Origin: Gemmatimonadales bacterium
GTDB lineage: Bacteria > Gemmatimonadota > Gemmatimonadetes > Gemmatimonadales > GWC2-71-9
Direction: 5' to 3'
NCBI GenBank assembly: GCA_013820855.1
Contig: JACDHV010000001.1
Coordinates: forward strand, 1-43,911
Length of the DNA stretch: 43,911 nucleotides
The translations under genes and the position numbers were made by a program. Below are positions 7,917 through 15,777 of this stretch, piece after piece. Position 1 is the stretch's first letter. The number at the start of each line of letters is the position of its first letter. Below the pieces are notes generated by a model. That model worked only from the letters and a program-made list of their open reading frames with translations. It did no database searches and was not told the origin of the DNA.

Positions 7917-9076
7917 GGGCGATCCTCCGGCCGGGTGATGGACATGGCCGAGATGAAGAGCGACGAGAAGATCGTGCTCGAGCCCAGAATGACGAGCGTG
8001 GCGGCGAAGGAGACCCACTCCGGGTGCGGCAGCGGCAGCAGGTCGGAGCGGAGCCACTCCACCACGATCGCGACCAGGATGGCCGCGCCCATCGCCCCCA
8101 GTCCGGCGCCCAGGAGCAATCCCCCCTCAAGCTGGAAGCGGCGGTAGAACCCCGCCAGCAGCCGATTGTTGTGGTCGAACCGCCGGCTCCAGGAGTACGT
8201 CTTCGCGTGGAGTCCGAGGCTGAGGATCTCGAAGCCGACCACGCTGAAGATGGTGGCGAAGACTGCGGTCACACCGGCCGCCGGCCGCCCTCCGAACTGC
8301 ACGACTCCGAGCAGCACGGCGAGATGGATCAGCAGCCCCATGACCAGCAGGGTCGCCCCCGGAACCAGGAAGAGCTGGTTCGGCGAGTACAGCAGCATCA
8401 TCCGCAGACTTCGCCAGCCGTCGCGGAAGGTGCGGAGCTTGGACTCGCCCTTGCGAGGCGCCAGCACGATGGGGATCTCGGCCGCCTTGAGCTTGGCCAG
8501 CCCCGCGTTGATGGCGAGCTCCAGGTTGAACTCCATGCCGGGGCTCACCGGGCGGATCCGATGGTATGACTCCCGGGAGAAGGCGCGAAAGCCGCAATAG
8601 ACGTCGGTGTAGCGCGTGCCGAAGAGGGTATTGAGGATGCGGGTGAGCGCCGGGTTGCCAAACCAGCGGTGCAGCGCCGTGATGTGCCGGTCGCCGCCGC
8701 CGAGGTACCGGCTGCCGGTCACGAACTCGTTGCCGCCCTCCTGCAGCGCCTCGAGGAACTGCGGGATCATGGTGAAGTCGTAGGTGTCGTCCGCGTCGCC
8801 CATGACCAGGTAACGGCCCCGGGCGCTGTCGAAGCCCTTGAGGTAGGCGTTGCCGTACCCCCGCAGCGGCTGATGCACCACCCGGGCGCCCATTTCCTCC
8901 GCGATCGCCACCGACCGGTCAGTGGAGCCGTTGTCGGACACCACGATCTCGCCGCACAGGCCGGCATCGGCGAAGGTCTGTTGGATCTTCTCGATGCAGG
9001 CACCGATGGCCGCCTCCTCGTTGAGGCAGGGCATCACCACGGACACCAGCGGCTCCCGCGTACCGTTGTCACTCAT
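7913..9076 (-). CDS. GT2 polyprenyl-phosphate glycosyltransferase (GtrB/ArnC/DPM1-like) with about 4 C-terminal TM helices
   Basis: VSVVMPCLNEE...SDNGSTDRS...MGDADDTYD GT-A core, followed by four hydrophobic helices. ATG 9076 forms an ATGA overlap with the upstream stop, with GGAGG 7 nt upstream. The track ORF 7913..10024 is an over-extension. Confidence 0.8.
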   Translation of the reverse strand: MSDNGTREPLVSVVMPCLNEEAAIGACIEKIQQTFADAGLCGEIVVSDNGSTDRSVAIAEEMGARVVHQPLRGYGNAYLKGFDSARGRYLVMGDADDTYDFTMIPQFLEALQEGGNEFVTGSRYLGGGDRHITALHRWFGNPALTRILNTLFGTRYTDVYCGFRAFSRESYHRIRPVSPGMEFNLELAINAGLAKLKAAEIPIVLAPRKGESKLRTFRDGWRSLRMMLLYSPNQLFLVPGATLLVMGLLIHLAVLLGVVQFGGRPAAGVTAVFATIFSVVGFEILSLGLHAKTYSWSRRFDHNNRLLAGFYRRFQLEGGLLLGAGLGAMGAAILVAIVVEWLRSDLLPLPHPEWVSFAATLVILGSSTIFSSLFISAMSITRPEDRP

Positions 9077-10062
9077 GCGCATGCCTCCGACTGTTGGGAT
9101 CCGACGGCGAGGCGGGCGGCGGCGCGTCGGGCCGCGTGATACCGGCCCAGGCCGACCACGCATCCCTGAAGCTCCGCCAGGCCGAGCGCCCGCAGAGGAC
9201 CGGCCGGCGCCGCTTTGGGCACCAGGATTCGAAACGCCGTCTTGGCGTACCACCAGCAGGCCAGGCGCGCGAACGCGAGACGCTCGTCGGGATAGGCCAG
9301 CATGCTGCGCACGACGTACGCCGAGAAGCCGATCCCGTGATCCGCGATCTGCCGCCGCAGGTCCTCGCGTGTGCGCCGGTGCCGGTGCCGGACGATCGCC
9401 CGCGGCTCGTACACCAGGGCGTGACCCTCCTTCAGCACCCTGAAGAACATTTCCAGATCGCCTCCGCCGCGGGACGGGGTCCCCACGTCGAGCGCCGGGT
9501 CGAAGGGACCGATCCGGCTGAACACCGACCGCCGGAAGGCCATGTTGGCGCCGGTTCCGTAGTCGCCGGCCGCGCCGTAGCGGAGTGCGATCGGGCCGCC
9601 GTTGGCCGGAGCCACGCGGCGTGGCGCGAAGCCGCGCCCGAAGCTCCGATAACGCTCGAACAGGACCTGGGCTTCGGTGTCGAGCTCGGCCGGAAGCACG
9701 AGCCCGGTGACCGCGGCGACCGACGGATCGTGCTCGAACGCGGCCACGATGGCGCCGATCCAACCGGAATCCACCACGACGTCGTCGTCGGTGAACGCGA
9801 TGATGTCGCCGGTGGCCTCCGCGATGGCGCGGTTGCGCGCCCAGTCGAGGCCCGGTGTCGGCTCCCGCGTGTACCGCACCTTCGTGCCGAGCCCCTCGAC
9901 CAGCAGTCGGGTCGCGTGGCTGGAGGGGGCGTTGTCCACCACCAGCACGTCGAGATGGGGGTAGCGGAGCGCCTGGAGCGACTCGAGGCAGCGGCCCAGG
10001 TCCTCGGTTCGGTCCCTGGTGCACACCGCCACCGTCACCAGTGGGGTCGCTGGACTAGCCAC
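9073..10062 (-). CDS. GT2 family glycosyltransferase (cytoplasmic)
   Basis: VTVAVCTRDR...LVVDNAPSS...FTDDDVVVDSGW GT-A motifs. Start set to GTG 10062 (an alternative is GTG 10038), just overlapping the wzt stop at 10055. The track ORF extends to 10440. Confidence 0.75.
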   Translation of the reverse strand: MASPATPLVTVAVCTRDRTEDLGRCLESLQALRYPHLDVLVVDNAPSSHATRLLVEGLGTKVRYTREPTPGLDWARNRAIAEATGDIIAFTDDDVVVDSGWIGAIVAAFEHDPSVAAVTGLVLPAELDTEAQVLFERYRSFGRGFAPRRVAPANGGPIALRYGAAGDYGTGANMAFRRSVFSRIGPFDPALDVGTPSRGGGDLEMFFRVLKEGHALVYEPRAIVRHRHRRTREDLRRQIADHGIGFSAYVVRSMLAYPDERLAFARLACWWYAKTAFRILVPKAAPAGPLRALGLAELQGCVVGLGRYHAARRAAARLAVGSQQSEACA

Positions 10063-10840
10063 GGTAGCCAGCCAGGACGGCGTCGATCGGCCCATCCATG
10101 ACGACACTGCCGTCCGCCAGCCAGATGCCACGGCCGCAGAGCGCCCGCACCTGATCCAGCTCGTGGGAGACGAGGATGAGCGTGCCGCCGCGGGCGTGAT
10201 ATTCCCGAAGGCGGCCGAGACAGCGCTCCCGGAACGCCTGGTCGCCGACCGCGAGCACCTCGTCGAGCAGCAGAATGTCGGGCTGGAGACATACCGCCAC
10301 CGAGAAGGCCAGGCGGGCTTCCATGCCGGAGGAGTAGTATTTGAGCGGCGTGTCGGGCAGGTCCGGGATCGCGGCGAACTCGACGATCTCGTCGTACCGT
10401 GCGGCCAGCTCCTTGCGGCCGAGGCCCAGGACGGCGGCATACAGCGCGATGTTCTCGGCTCCCGTCAGCTCGGGGTGGAAGCCGGCGCCGAGCTCGATGA
10501 CGGCGGTGATGCGTCCGCTGGTTTCGATCGTGCCGGCCGAGGGCTGGTAGATCCCAGCGATCAGCCGGAGCACCGTGCTCTTGCCCGAGCCGTTCCGCCC
10601 GAGCAGCGCCACCGCCTCCCCACGCTCCACCGCTAGGTCCACGCCCCGAAGGGTGAACTCCGCCCGCCGCGTGTGGAGCGGACGCCGGAGGACGCGGCGG
10701 ATGAACCACTCCCGCAACGAGCTGGTGCGGTGCTCGTAGAAGTAGAACCGCTTCGAGACCCCTCTGAGCGTGACGGCCGCGGCCGCCGCACGCTCAGACG
10801 ATCTCGGGAAAGATCGAGGCGTAGCGGCGGAAGATGGCAT
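10055..10840 (-). CDS. wzt: Polysaccharide/O-antigen ABC exporter, ATP-binding subunit (Wzt/RfbE/TagH type), NBD only
   Basis: Walker A GRNGSGKST, signature YSSGMEARLAF, Walker B ILLLDE. ATG 10840 is the only start codon in this frame, giving a 47-nt overlap with wzm. No C-terminal carbohydrate-binding extension. Confidence 0.85.
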   Translation of the reverse strand: MPSSAATPRSFPRSSERAAAAAVTLRGVSKRFYFYEHRTSSLREWFIRRVLRRPLHTRRAEFTLRGVDLAVERGEAVALLGRNGSGKSTVLRLIAGIYQPSAGTIETSGRITAVIELGAGFHPELTGAENIALYAAVLGLGRKELAARYDEIVEFAAIPDLPDTPLKYYSSGMEARLAFSVAVCLQPDILLLDEVLAVGDQAFRERCLGRLREYHARGGTLILVSHELDQVRALCGRGIWLADGSVVMDGPIDAVLAGYRG

Positions 10841-11582
10841 ATCCGACCAGGTAGACGGTACAGGCGGCGACCAGCATGCCGCCGAGCAGGTGGAAGGACG
10901 GCATCCTTCCCCAATAGAAGGCCTCGTGGTAGAGCGTGAGCAGGCCCGCGATGGGGTTGAGGAAGTAGAGTCCGCGAGCGGCTTCGGGCACCATCGTGGC
11001 CGGGTAGAACACCGGCGACAGATAGAAGAGTGTCGTGAGAGCGATCGGGAGGGCGTGGTAGACGTCGTAGTAGAACACCGAGAGCGTGGCGATCGGCAGC
11101 GCGAACCCGACGACCAGCAGGAGCTGGATCAGCACCAGCACCGGGAGGAGCGCGTAGCTCTGGGGAATGCCGCCGTGGTGAAAGACGGCGATGACCGCGA
11201 CGACCAGGCCGATCTCGGCCACGAACTCGATGAGCCGCGAGCCTGCCGCGCCGAATACCAGGATCTCACTGGGGAACGCGACGCTGCGGGTGAGCCGGGA
11301 ATGCTCGGCGAAGATGTAGGTGCCGGTGTTGAGCGTCTGGAGCGCGAAATTCCAGACGAAGTACCCGCTGAGCAGGAAGGCCCAGTAGTGGGGCAGCGGG
11401 ATCCTCACCACGTGGCTGAACACCACCCCGAGCACCGTCACGGTGAAAAGCGGGTTCACCAGGGTCCACACGAACCCGAGCAGCGACCGCTGGTACTTCA
11501 CCTTGAGGTTCCGGACCACGAGACTGTGCAGCAGCTCGCGGTAGCGCCAGACGCGCTGGAGGTGCCCTTCGCCTCGCGTCAT
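10794..11582 (-). CDS. wzm: ABC-2 type polysaccharide exporter permease (Wzm/RfbD type)
   Basis: N-terminal RYRELLHSLVVRNLKVKYQRSLLGFVWTLVNP, typical of Wzm/TagG, with 6 predicted TM segments. ATG 11582 forms an ATGA overlap with the upstream GT2 stop. Confidence 0.85.
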   Translation of the reverse strand: MTRGEGHLQRVWRYRELLHSLVVRNLKVKYQRSLLGFVWTLVNPLFTVTVLGVVFSHVVRIPLPHYWAFLLSGYFVWNFALQTLNTGTYIFAEHSRLTRSVAFPSEILVFGAAGSRLIEFVAEIGLVVAVIAVFHHGGIPQSYALLPVLVLIQLLLVVGFALPIATLSVFYYDVYHALPIALTTLFYLSPVFYPATMVPEAARGLYFLNPIAGLLTLYHEAFYWGRMPSFHLLGGMLVAACTVYLVGYAIFRRYASIFPEIV

Positions 11583-12559
11583 GCGGCGTACCGCTCCCGC
11601 CGCGCCCGCGCGAGTCGCCGGGCCCGTGGATAGGTCACGAGTCCGAGCCAGCAGTTCCACCACATGCGGAGCAGCACCCGGGCGGGGAGCGGGTCTTGGC
11701 CGATCGCCCGGCGCATCAGACGCACGCCCGGCTTGGCGAGCCGCCATCCGGTATACCCGGCGAGCGCGGGACGCATGCCGCCGCTGCCCGACACCAGGTG
11801 CTTGCCGAGGAACGCCAGCACCGCGCGCTGATGTCCCACGATCTGGTCGCAGGCCGCGGCCACCTCTCGGCGGTGTTCGTGCCATGCGAGCGCCGACGGC
11901 TCGTAGACCACCGCGTGTCCGGCGCGGAGGGCGCGCCAGAGCAGGTCGTGGTCACCACCTCCCGGGAGGGCCGGGCCCAGGTCGAGCGCCTCGTCGAAGC
12001 CTCCCAGCGCGCGGGCGGCGTCTCGCCGCACCGCGTAGCTGCAGCCGCAGCCGACACTGATCGCCCAGGCGATGAGAGGCGCCCGCCGGCCGTGCAGGGG
12101 GCGGCCGGCGTCGTCGGGAAGCCGGATCCGCTCGGCTCCCCGCGAGAAGCCGCCGTTGGCCTCGAAGAGCCGCTGTCCCGGCGTGTCCACGCCGAGCGGC
12201 TCGATCCGGCCGGTGCACACGGCCACGCCAGGGTCGTCCTCGAACACGCGCCGAAGCGCCTCGGCCCAGCCGGGCGCGGCGACCGCGTCGTCGTCGAGAA
12301 ACGCGAGGACCTCGTAAGCCGCGGACTCGAGAGCATGGTTGCGCGCGAAGTCGAGGCCGGGGACCGGCTCCACCAGGTAGCGGACCGACGGAAACCGTTC
12401 GGCGACCAGCGTGAGGGTCGCGCCGCTGCCCGGCGCGTTGTCCACCACGAGAATCTCGGCCGGCGGCACTGTCTGGCCGACGAGGGATTCGAGCGCTCGC
12501 GCGAGGAGTCCGGGCCGATCGCGGGTGCAGACGACGGCGGTGAGTCGCACGGCGCTCAT
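11579..12559 (-). CDS. GT2 family glycosyltransferase, paralogue of 9073-10062
   Basis: LTAVVCTRDRPGLLARALESL...LVVDNAPGS...FLDDDAVAAPGW. ATG 12559 forms an ATGA overlap with the upstream stop. Same motif order as 9073-10062. Confidence 0.75.
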   Translation of the reverse strand: MSAVRLTAVVCTRDRPGLLARALESLVGQTVPPAEILVVDNAPGSGATLTLVAERFPSVRYLVEPVPGLDFARNHALESAAYEVLAFLDDDAVAAPGWAEALRRVFEDDPGVAVCTGRIEPLGVDTPGQRLFEANGGFSRGAERIRLPDDAGRPLHGRRAPLIAWAISVGCGCSYAVRRDAARALGGFDEALDLGPALPGGGDHDLLWRALRAGHAVVYEPSALAWHEHRREVAAACDQIVGHQRAVLAFLGKHLVSGSGGMRPALAGYTGWRLAKPGVRLMRRAIGQDPLPARVLLRMWWNCWLGLVTYPRARRLARARRERYAA

Positions 12560-13515
12560 TCCCACCGGGCCCGCAGCGCACCGGCGGCTTCGCCGTGGCG
12601 GATCCAGCGAATCCCCCCGGCGGCCAGGCCGGCGGAATAGGCGAGTCGGGCGGCCAGCACCGCCGGCAGCATGACCACCGGCTCCAGCACCCGCGCGCGC
12701 ACCCAGCAGGCCAGGATGTAGGCGGTGCTCCCCAGCGCGAGCGGAACGCTCCCAGCCACCAGCAGCCACGGGTACTGGTAGATCCAGGCCGCGCGCACGG
12801 CCCCGGACCGGGCCTTGCTCTCGATCGCGCTGTAGCCCCAGCGGTAGTTGCGCCGAAGCAGGTTGCCGAAGCCGGGGCGGTTCCGGTGATAGACGATCGC
12901 CGCCGGCTCGAAAACGATCCGGCCGCCGGCGCGCCGGACCGAGGATTGCCAGGCCAGCTCCTCGTGGGAGTAGGCGATTGGTTGCCGCTCGGTGAAGCCT
13001 CCGGTGCGGGCGAAGACCTCGCGCCGCACGCTCAGGTTCCCTGGCGGATGGTTGGGGACGTCGCCCGCGGGCCTGCGGGAGTGCACATGGTACCAGCCGC
13101 AGTAGTAGTCGCAGCGCGCCATCGCGGAGAGCCCGAGCGGCAGGTCGAGGGCACCGCCGACGACGTCCGCGCCGGCCTCGTGCGCCTCGCACAGGCGCTC
13201 CAGCCATTCCTCGCCCGGGGTGCAATCGGCGTCGAGAAATACGATCGGATCGCCGGCTGCAATGCCCGCCCCCCGGTTGCGGGCGAGGGCCGGATTGCCC
13301 CCCTCCGTGTCGCCTCCCAGCTCGATGACCCGTGCCCCCGCCGACCGCGCCGCGTCTCCCGTCCCGTCGGTCGACGCGTCGTCCACGACGATCACTTCGA
13401 CCAGGCGGCCACGGGCACCCTGGGCGGCCACCGCGCGCACCAGCGCGCCGATGCCGGCGGCTTCGTTGCGCGCCGGGATCACGACCGACACCAGGCCGGC
13501 GTCAGGCCGCGGCAC
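12556..13515 (-). CDS. GT2 family glycosyltransferase with a hydrophobic C-terminal region
   Basis: VSVVIPARNE...VVDDASTDGT...FLDADC GT-A motifs. The C-terminal hydrophobic segments are YPWLLVAGSVPLALGSTAYILACWV and VVMLPAVLAARLAY. GTG 13515 (an alternative is GTG 13491) overlaps the GT4 stop. Confidence 0.75.
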   Translation of the reverse strand: MPRPDAGLVSVVIPARNEAAGIGALVRAVAAQGARGRLVEVIVVDDASTDGTGDAARSAGARVIELGGDTEGGNPALARNRGAGIAAGDPIVFLDADCTPGEEWLERLCEAHEAGADVVGGALDLPLGLSAMARCDYYCGWYHVHSRRPAGDVPNHPPGNLSVRREVFARTGGFTERQPIAYSHEELAWQSSVRRAGGRIVFEPAAIVYHRNRPGFGNLLRRNYRWGYSAIESKARSGAVRAAWIYQYPWLLVAGSVPLALGSTAYILACWVRARVLEPVVMLPAVLAARLAYSAGLAAGGIRWIRHGEAAGALRARWE

Positions 13516-14758
13516 GGCGGTGCACCTCGTCGTAGATCTCGTCCACCGATTGCACGAATCCGTTCCACCCCAGGTGCTCCACCGCGTACTCGCGCGCGGC
13601 GGTGCCCAGGGCGCGGCCGCGGGAGGCATGACAGAGGACCGACACGAGGCCCTCGGCAATCGCCTCCGGGCGAGGAGCGACAAGGACCGCCAGGTCGTCG
13701 GTGAGCACCGCGCGATGGGTCGAGATGTCGGTGGCGACGATGGGCCGGCCCGACGCCAGATAATCGAAGATCTTGAGTGGAAGGTTGCCTCCGAACGACC
13801 GGGGCGAGACCAGGACGTCGGCCATGGCGAGATAGGAGGGCATCATCGAACGCGGCTGCCGCGCCACGATGGTCAGCGTGCCGTCGCGCGTCAGTGCCTC
13901 CGCCGCCTCGGTGATCGATGCACGGTGGGCCTCGTCCGCGCCGATGAGGACGAACCGCGCCGCCGGTACCCGAGCCCGCACGATCGGGATGGCGGCCAGC
14001 AGATCGGCCAGGCCCTGGTACTCCTCGAAAGTTCCGCTGTACATCACGACGGGTGCGGCGGCCGGGAGACCCAGACTCCGCCGGAGCACGAGCGCGTCGG
14101 CCGGATCGACTTGGCCGGGAGTGCTGGGGAACTTCCACTCCCGCACCGGGGTGCTCGGCGCCATTCGGCGCACCCGAGGGGCCAGGCCGAGGCTCGCGAC
14201 CACCAGATCGGCGCGGGTGAGGAGCCACCGCTCCGCGGCCACGGTCGCCGCCGGTGTGGGAGGAATTCTGGCCCACCGATATTTCAGGAGCTGCTCGGGA
14301 ATGCTCGACTGCATGTCGTAGAGCAGCGGGATGCGATGGCGACGGGCCCAATAGAGTGCGGGCCACGCGGCCTCCTCGATCGCGTGGATGCAGGAATAGG
14401 TCTCCTGCTCCAGACGCCTCCCGAGAGCCGCGACGAGGCAGGCGTCGAGCGCCACCTTCCGATGCGACAGACCGATGGGGACGGAGCGGAAGTCGAAGGG
14501 GTTGGCGGCGCGAAAAATACGCAGTCCCGGCAGCACGACGTCCGCGCCCATCGGAAAGGTGAGCAGATCGACTCGATAGCTGAGCTGACTGAGTGCCTGA
14601 AGAACCTGCCGGAGGGCGATCGGGGTGCCGCGATCCTCGTAAAAGGGCTGCGGGGCGACTACGAGAATCTTCGGGCCGAGGAGGCGATCGACCCCGGAGA
14701 AGCGCGTCTGACCGCTCTGTTTGCCTCGGGGAAGTACATCCACGCTCGGCTGGGCCAT
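13502..14758 (-). CDS. GT4 (GT-B, group 1) glycosyltransferase; first gene of the long glycan operon
   Basis: 418-aa ORF with an N-terminal KILVVAPQPFYEDRGTPIA and a C-terminal SPRSFGGNLPLKIFDYLASGRPIVAT E-x7-E-like region typical of GT4. Confidence 0.8.
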   Translation of the reverse strand: MAQPSVDVLPRGKQSGQTRFSGVDRLLGPKILVVAPQPFYEDRGTPIALRQVLQALSQLSYRVDLLTFPMGADVVLPGLRIFRAANPFDFRSVPIGLSHRKVALDACLVAALGRRLEQETYSCIHAIEEAAWPALYWARRHRIPLLYDMQSSIPEQLLKYRWARIPPTPAATVAAERWLLTRADLVVASLGLAPRVRRMAPSTPVREWKFPSTPGQVDPADALVLRRSLGLPAAAPVVMYSGTFEEYQGLADLLAAIPIVRARVPAARFVLIGADEAHRASITEAAEALTRDGTLTIVARQPRSMMPSYLAMADVLVSPRSFGGNLPLKIFDYLASGRPIVATDISTHRAVLTDDLAVLVAPRPEAIAEGLVSVLCHASRGRALGTAAREYAVEHLGWNGFVQSVDEIYDEVHRRAAA

Positions 14759-14836
14759 GTGCTCATCAAGTCGAGGTGAATCAAGGGGTTACGCCGACCA
14801 GCCACACCTGGATAGCGCGCTTCGGTGCCCTCCTCA

Positions 14837-14853
14837 GGGCAAGAACCTTGCCC
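14837..14853 (-). terminator. Short GC hairpin (7-bp stem, 3-nt loop) 7 nt downstream of the 14860 stop
   Basis: GGGCAAG-aac-CTTGCCC read directly from the sequence. There is no U-tract, so terminator function is uncertain. Confidence 0.35.
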
Positions 14854-14859
14854 ACCATG

Positions 14860-15777
14860 TCATGGGGCATGGCATCGCAGAAGCACTATCGTGCCCGGGC
14901 TTCCGAATCCCGCCTCGCTGGTCAGCACCAGCTCCTCATGGTCGAACCATGAGATCCCTTCGCCCTGGAGTTGAAGGCCGGCGGTCTCGCATCCCACGCC
15001 GAGCGGGCGCAGGGTGTGGCCGGCTGCGAGCCGGAAGAGAAAGATCGCGCGATAGGTGCGGACGGCGACCAGCTCGCCGGAGGGATGGAGAGCCGCGTCG
15101 GTGACGAGCGCACCGAGGTCGCCCGTCTCGATGGGGAGCGTGCCGATGGGGGCGGCGAGGAACTCCGTTCCGGTCCAGGCGCTCGCCGGGACCCGATACG
15201 CCTGTACCACGCCGTCGCGTCCCTTGCTGATGAGGTAGACGGTGCCGTCACTTCCAACGAACGCTGTCTCGACGTCGCGCGGGCCCCCGGGATATCGCAG
15301 GTCGAGGGCCTCGGCGCGCCGGGTACTCCGCGCCGTCGAGGAAAGCGAAGGCTCGGGCACGCGGTACAATCGCGCGGAGGCGCGGCGCTCGAGGTTGTCG
15401 CCGGTATCGGCGATGTAGAGGCATTCACCTGTGCCGCAGGGGCCCAGCGAGATCGCCTCCCAGTCCTCGTTTTCCGCGCCCACGACCCTGAACGCGCCGC
15501 GATCCCGGCCGAGGGTGTCGGTCGCGAAGATGAGCGGCTCGTTGCCCGAGTCGTTCAGGGTCCAGAGAATGCCGGGCTGGCGGCTGCTTGCGGCGACGCC
15601 CGAGCTCTCGATCAGCTTGGGGTTCTCGAACGCGCCCGTTCGCCGGGGGTTCGACGGCCGGTGCATCTCCCACGGCGACCGCACGCTTGCCCCGGCACCC
15701 AGCCCGCCCGCCGCGGCCACGGCCGCGCCGAGCGCGACGGCCAGCAGAGCTCGGCTCAGACTGCCGCGGAAGGGCAC
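14860..15777 (-). CDS. Secreted protein, probable beta-propeller (phytase-like/SdiA-regulated-like fold); function unknown
   Basis: GTG 15777 gives the signal peptide VPFRGSLSRALLAVALGAAVAAAGG. The body has ESSGVA...LWTLNDSG...EDWEAISLG...LYIADTGDN strings reminiscent of secreted propeller families. It overlaps the nth 3' end by 22 nt. Confidence 0.55.
   Translation of the reverse strand: MPFRGSLSRALLAVALGAAVAAAGGLGAGASVRSPWEMHRPSNPRRTGAFENPKLIESSGVAASSRQPGILWTLNDSGNEPLIFATDTLGRDRGAFRVVGAENEDWEAISLGPCGTGECLYIADTGDNLERRASARLYRVPEPSLSSTARSTRRAEALDLRYPGGPRDVETAFVGSDGTVYLISKGRDGVVQAYRVPASAWTGTEFLAAPIGTLPIETGDLGALVTDAALHPSGELVAVRTYRAIFLFRLAAGHTLRPLGVGCETAGLQLQGEGISWFDHEELVLTSEAGFGSPGTIVLLRCHAP

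Noticed and set aside
6052-8147. Very long ORFs 6052..8130 (-) 692 aa and 6483..8147 (+) 554 aa overlap the GT-C gene.
   Set aside because: These are shadow frames typical of about 70% GC DNA. Their translations are Arg/Pro/Gly/Ala-rich and low-complexity, with no TM segments or motifs. The 6201..7916 frame gives a coherent polytopic GT-C protein.
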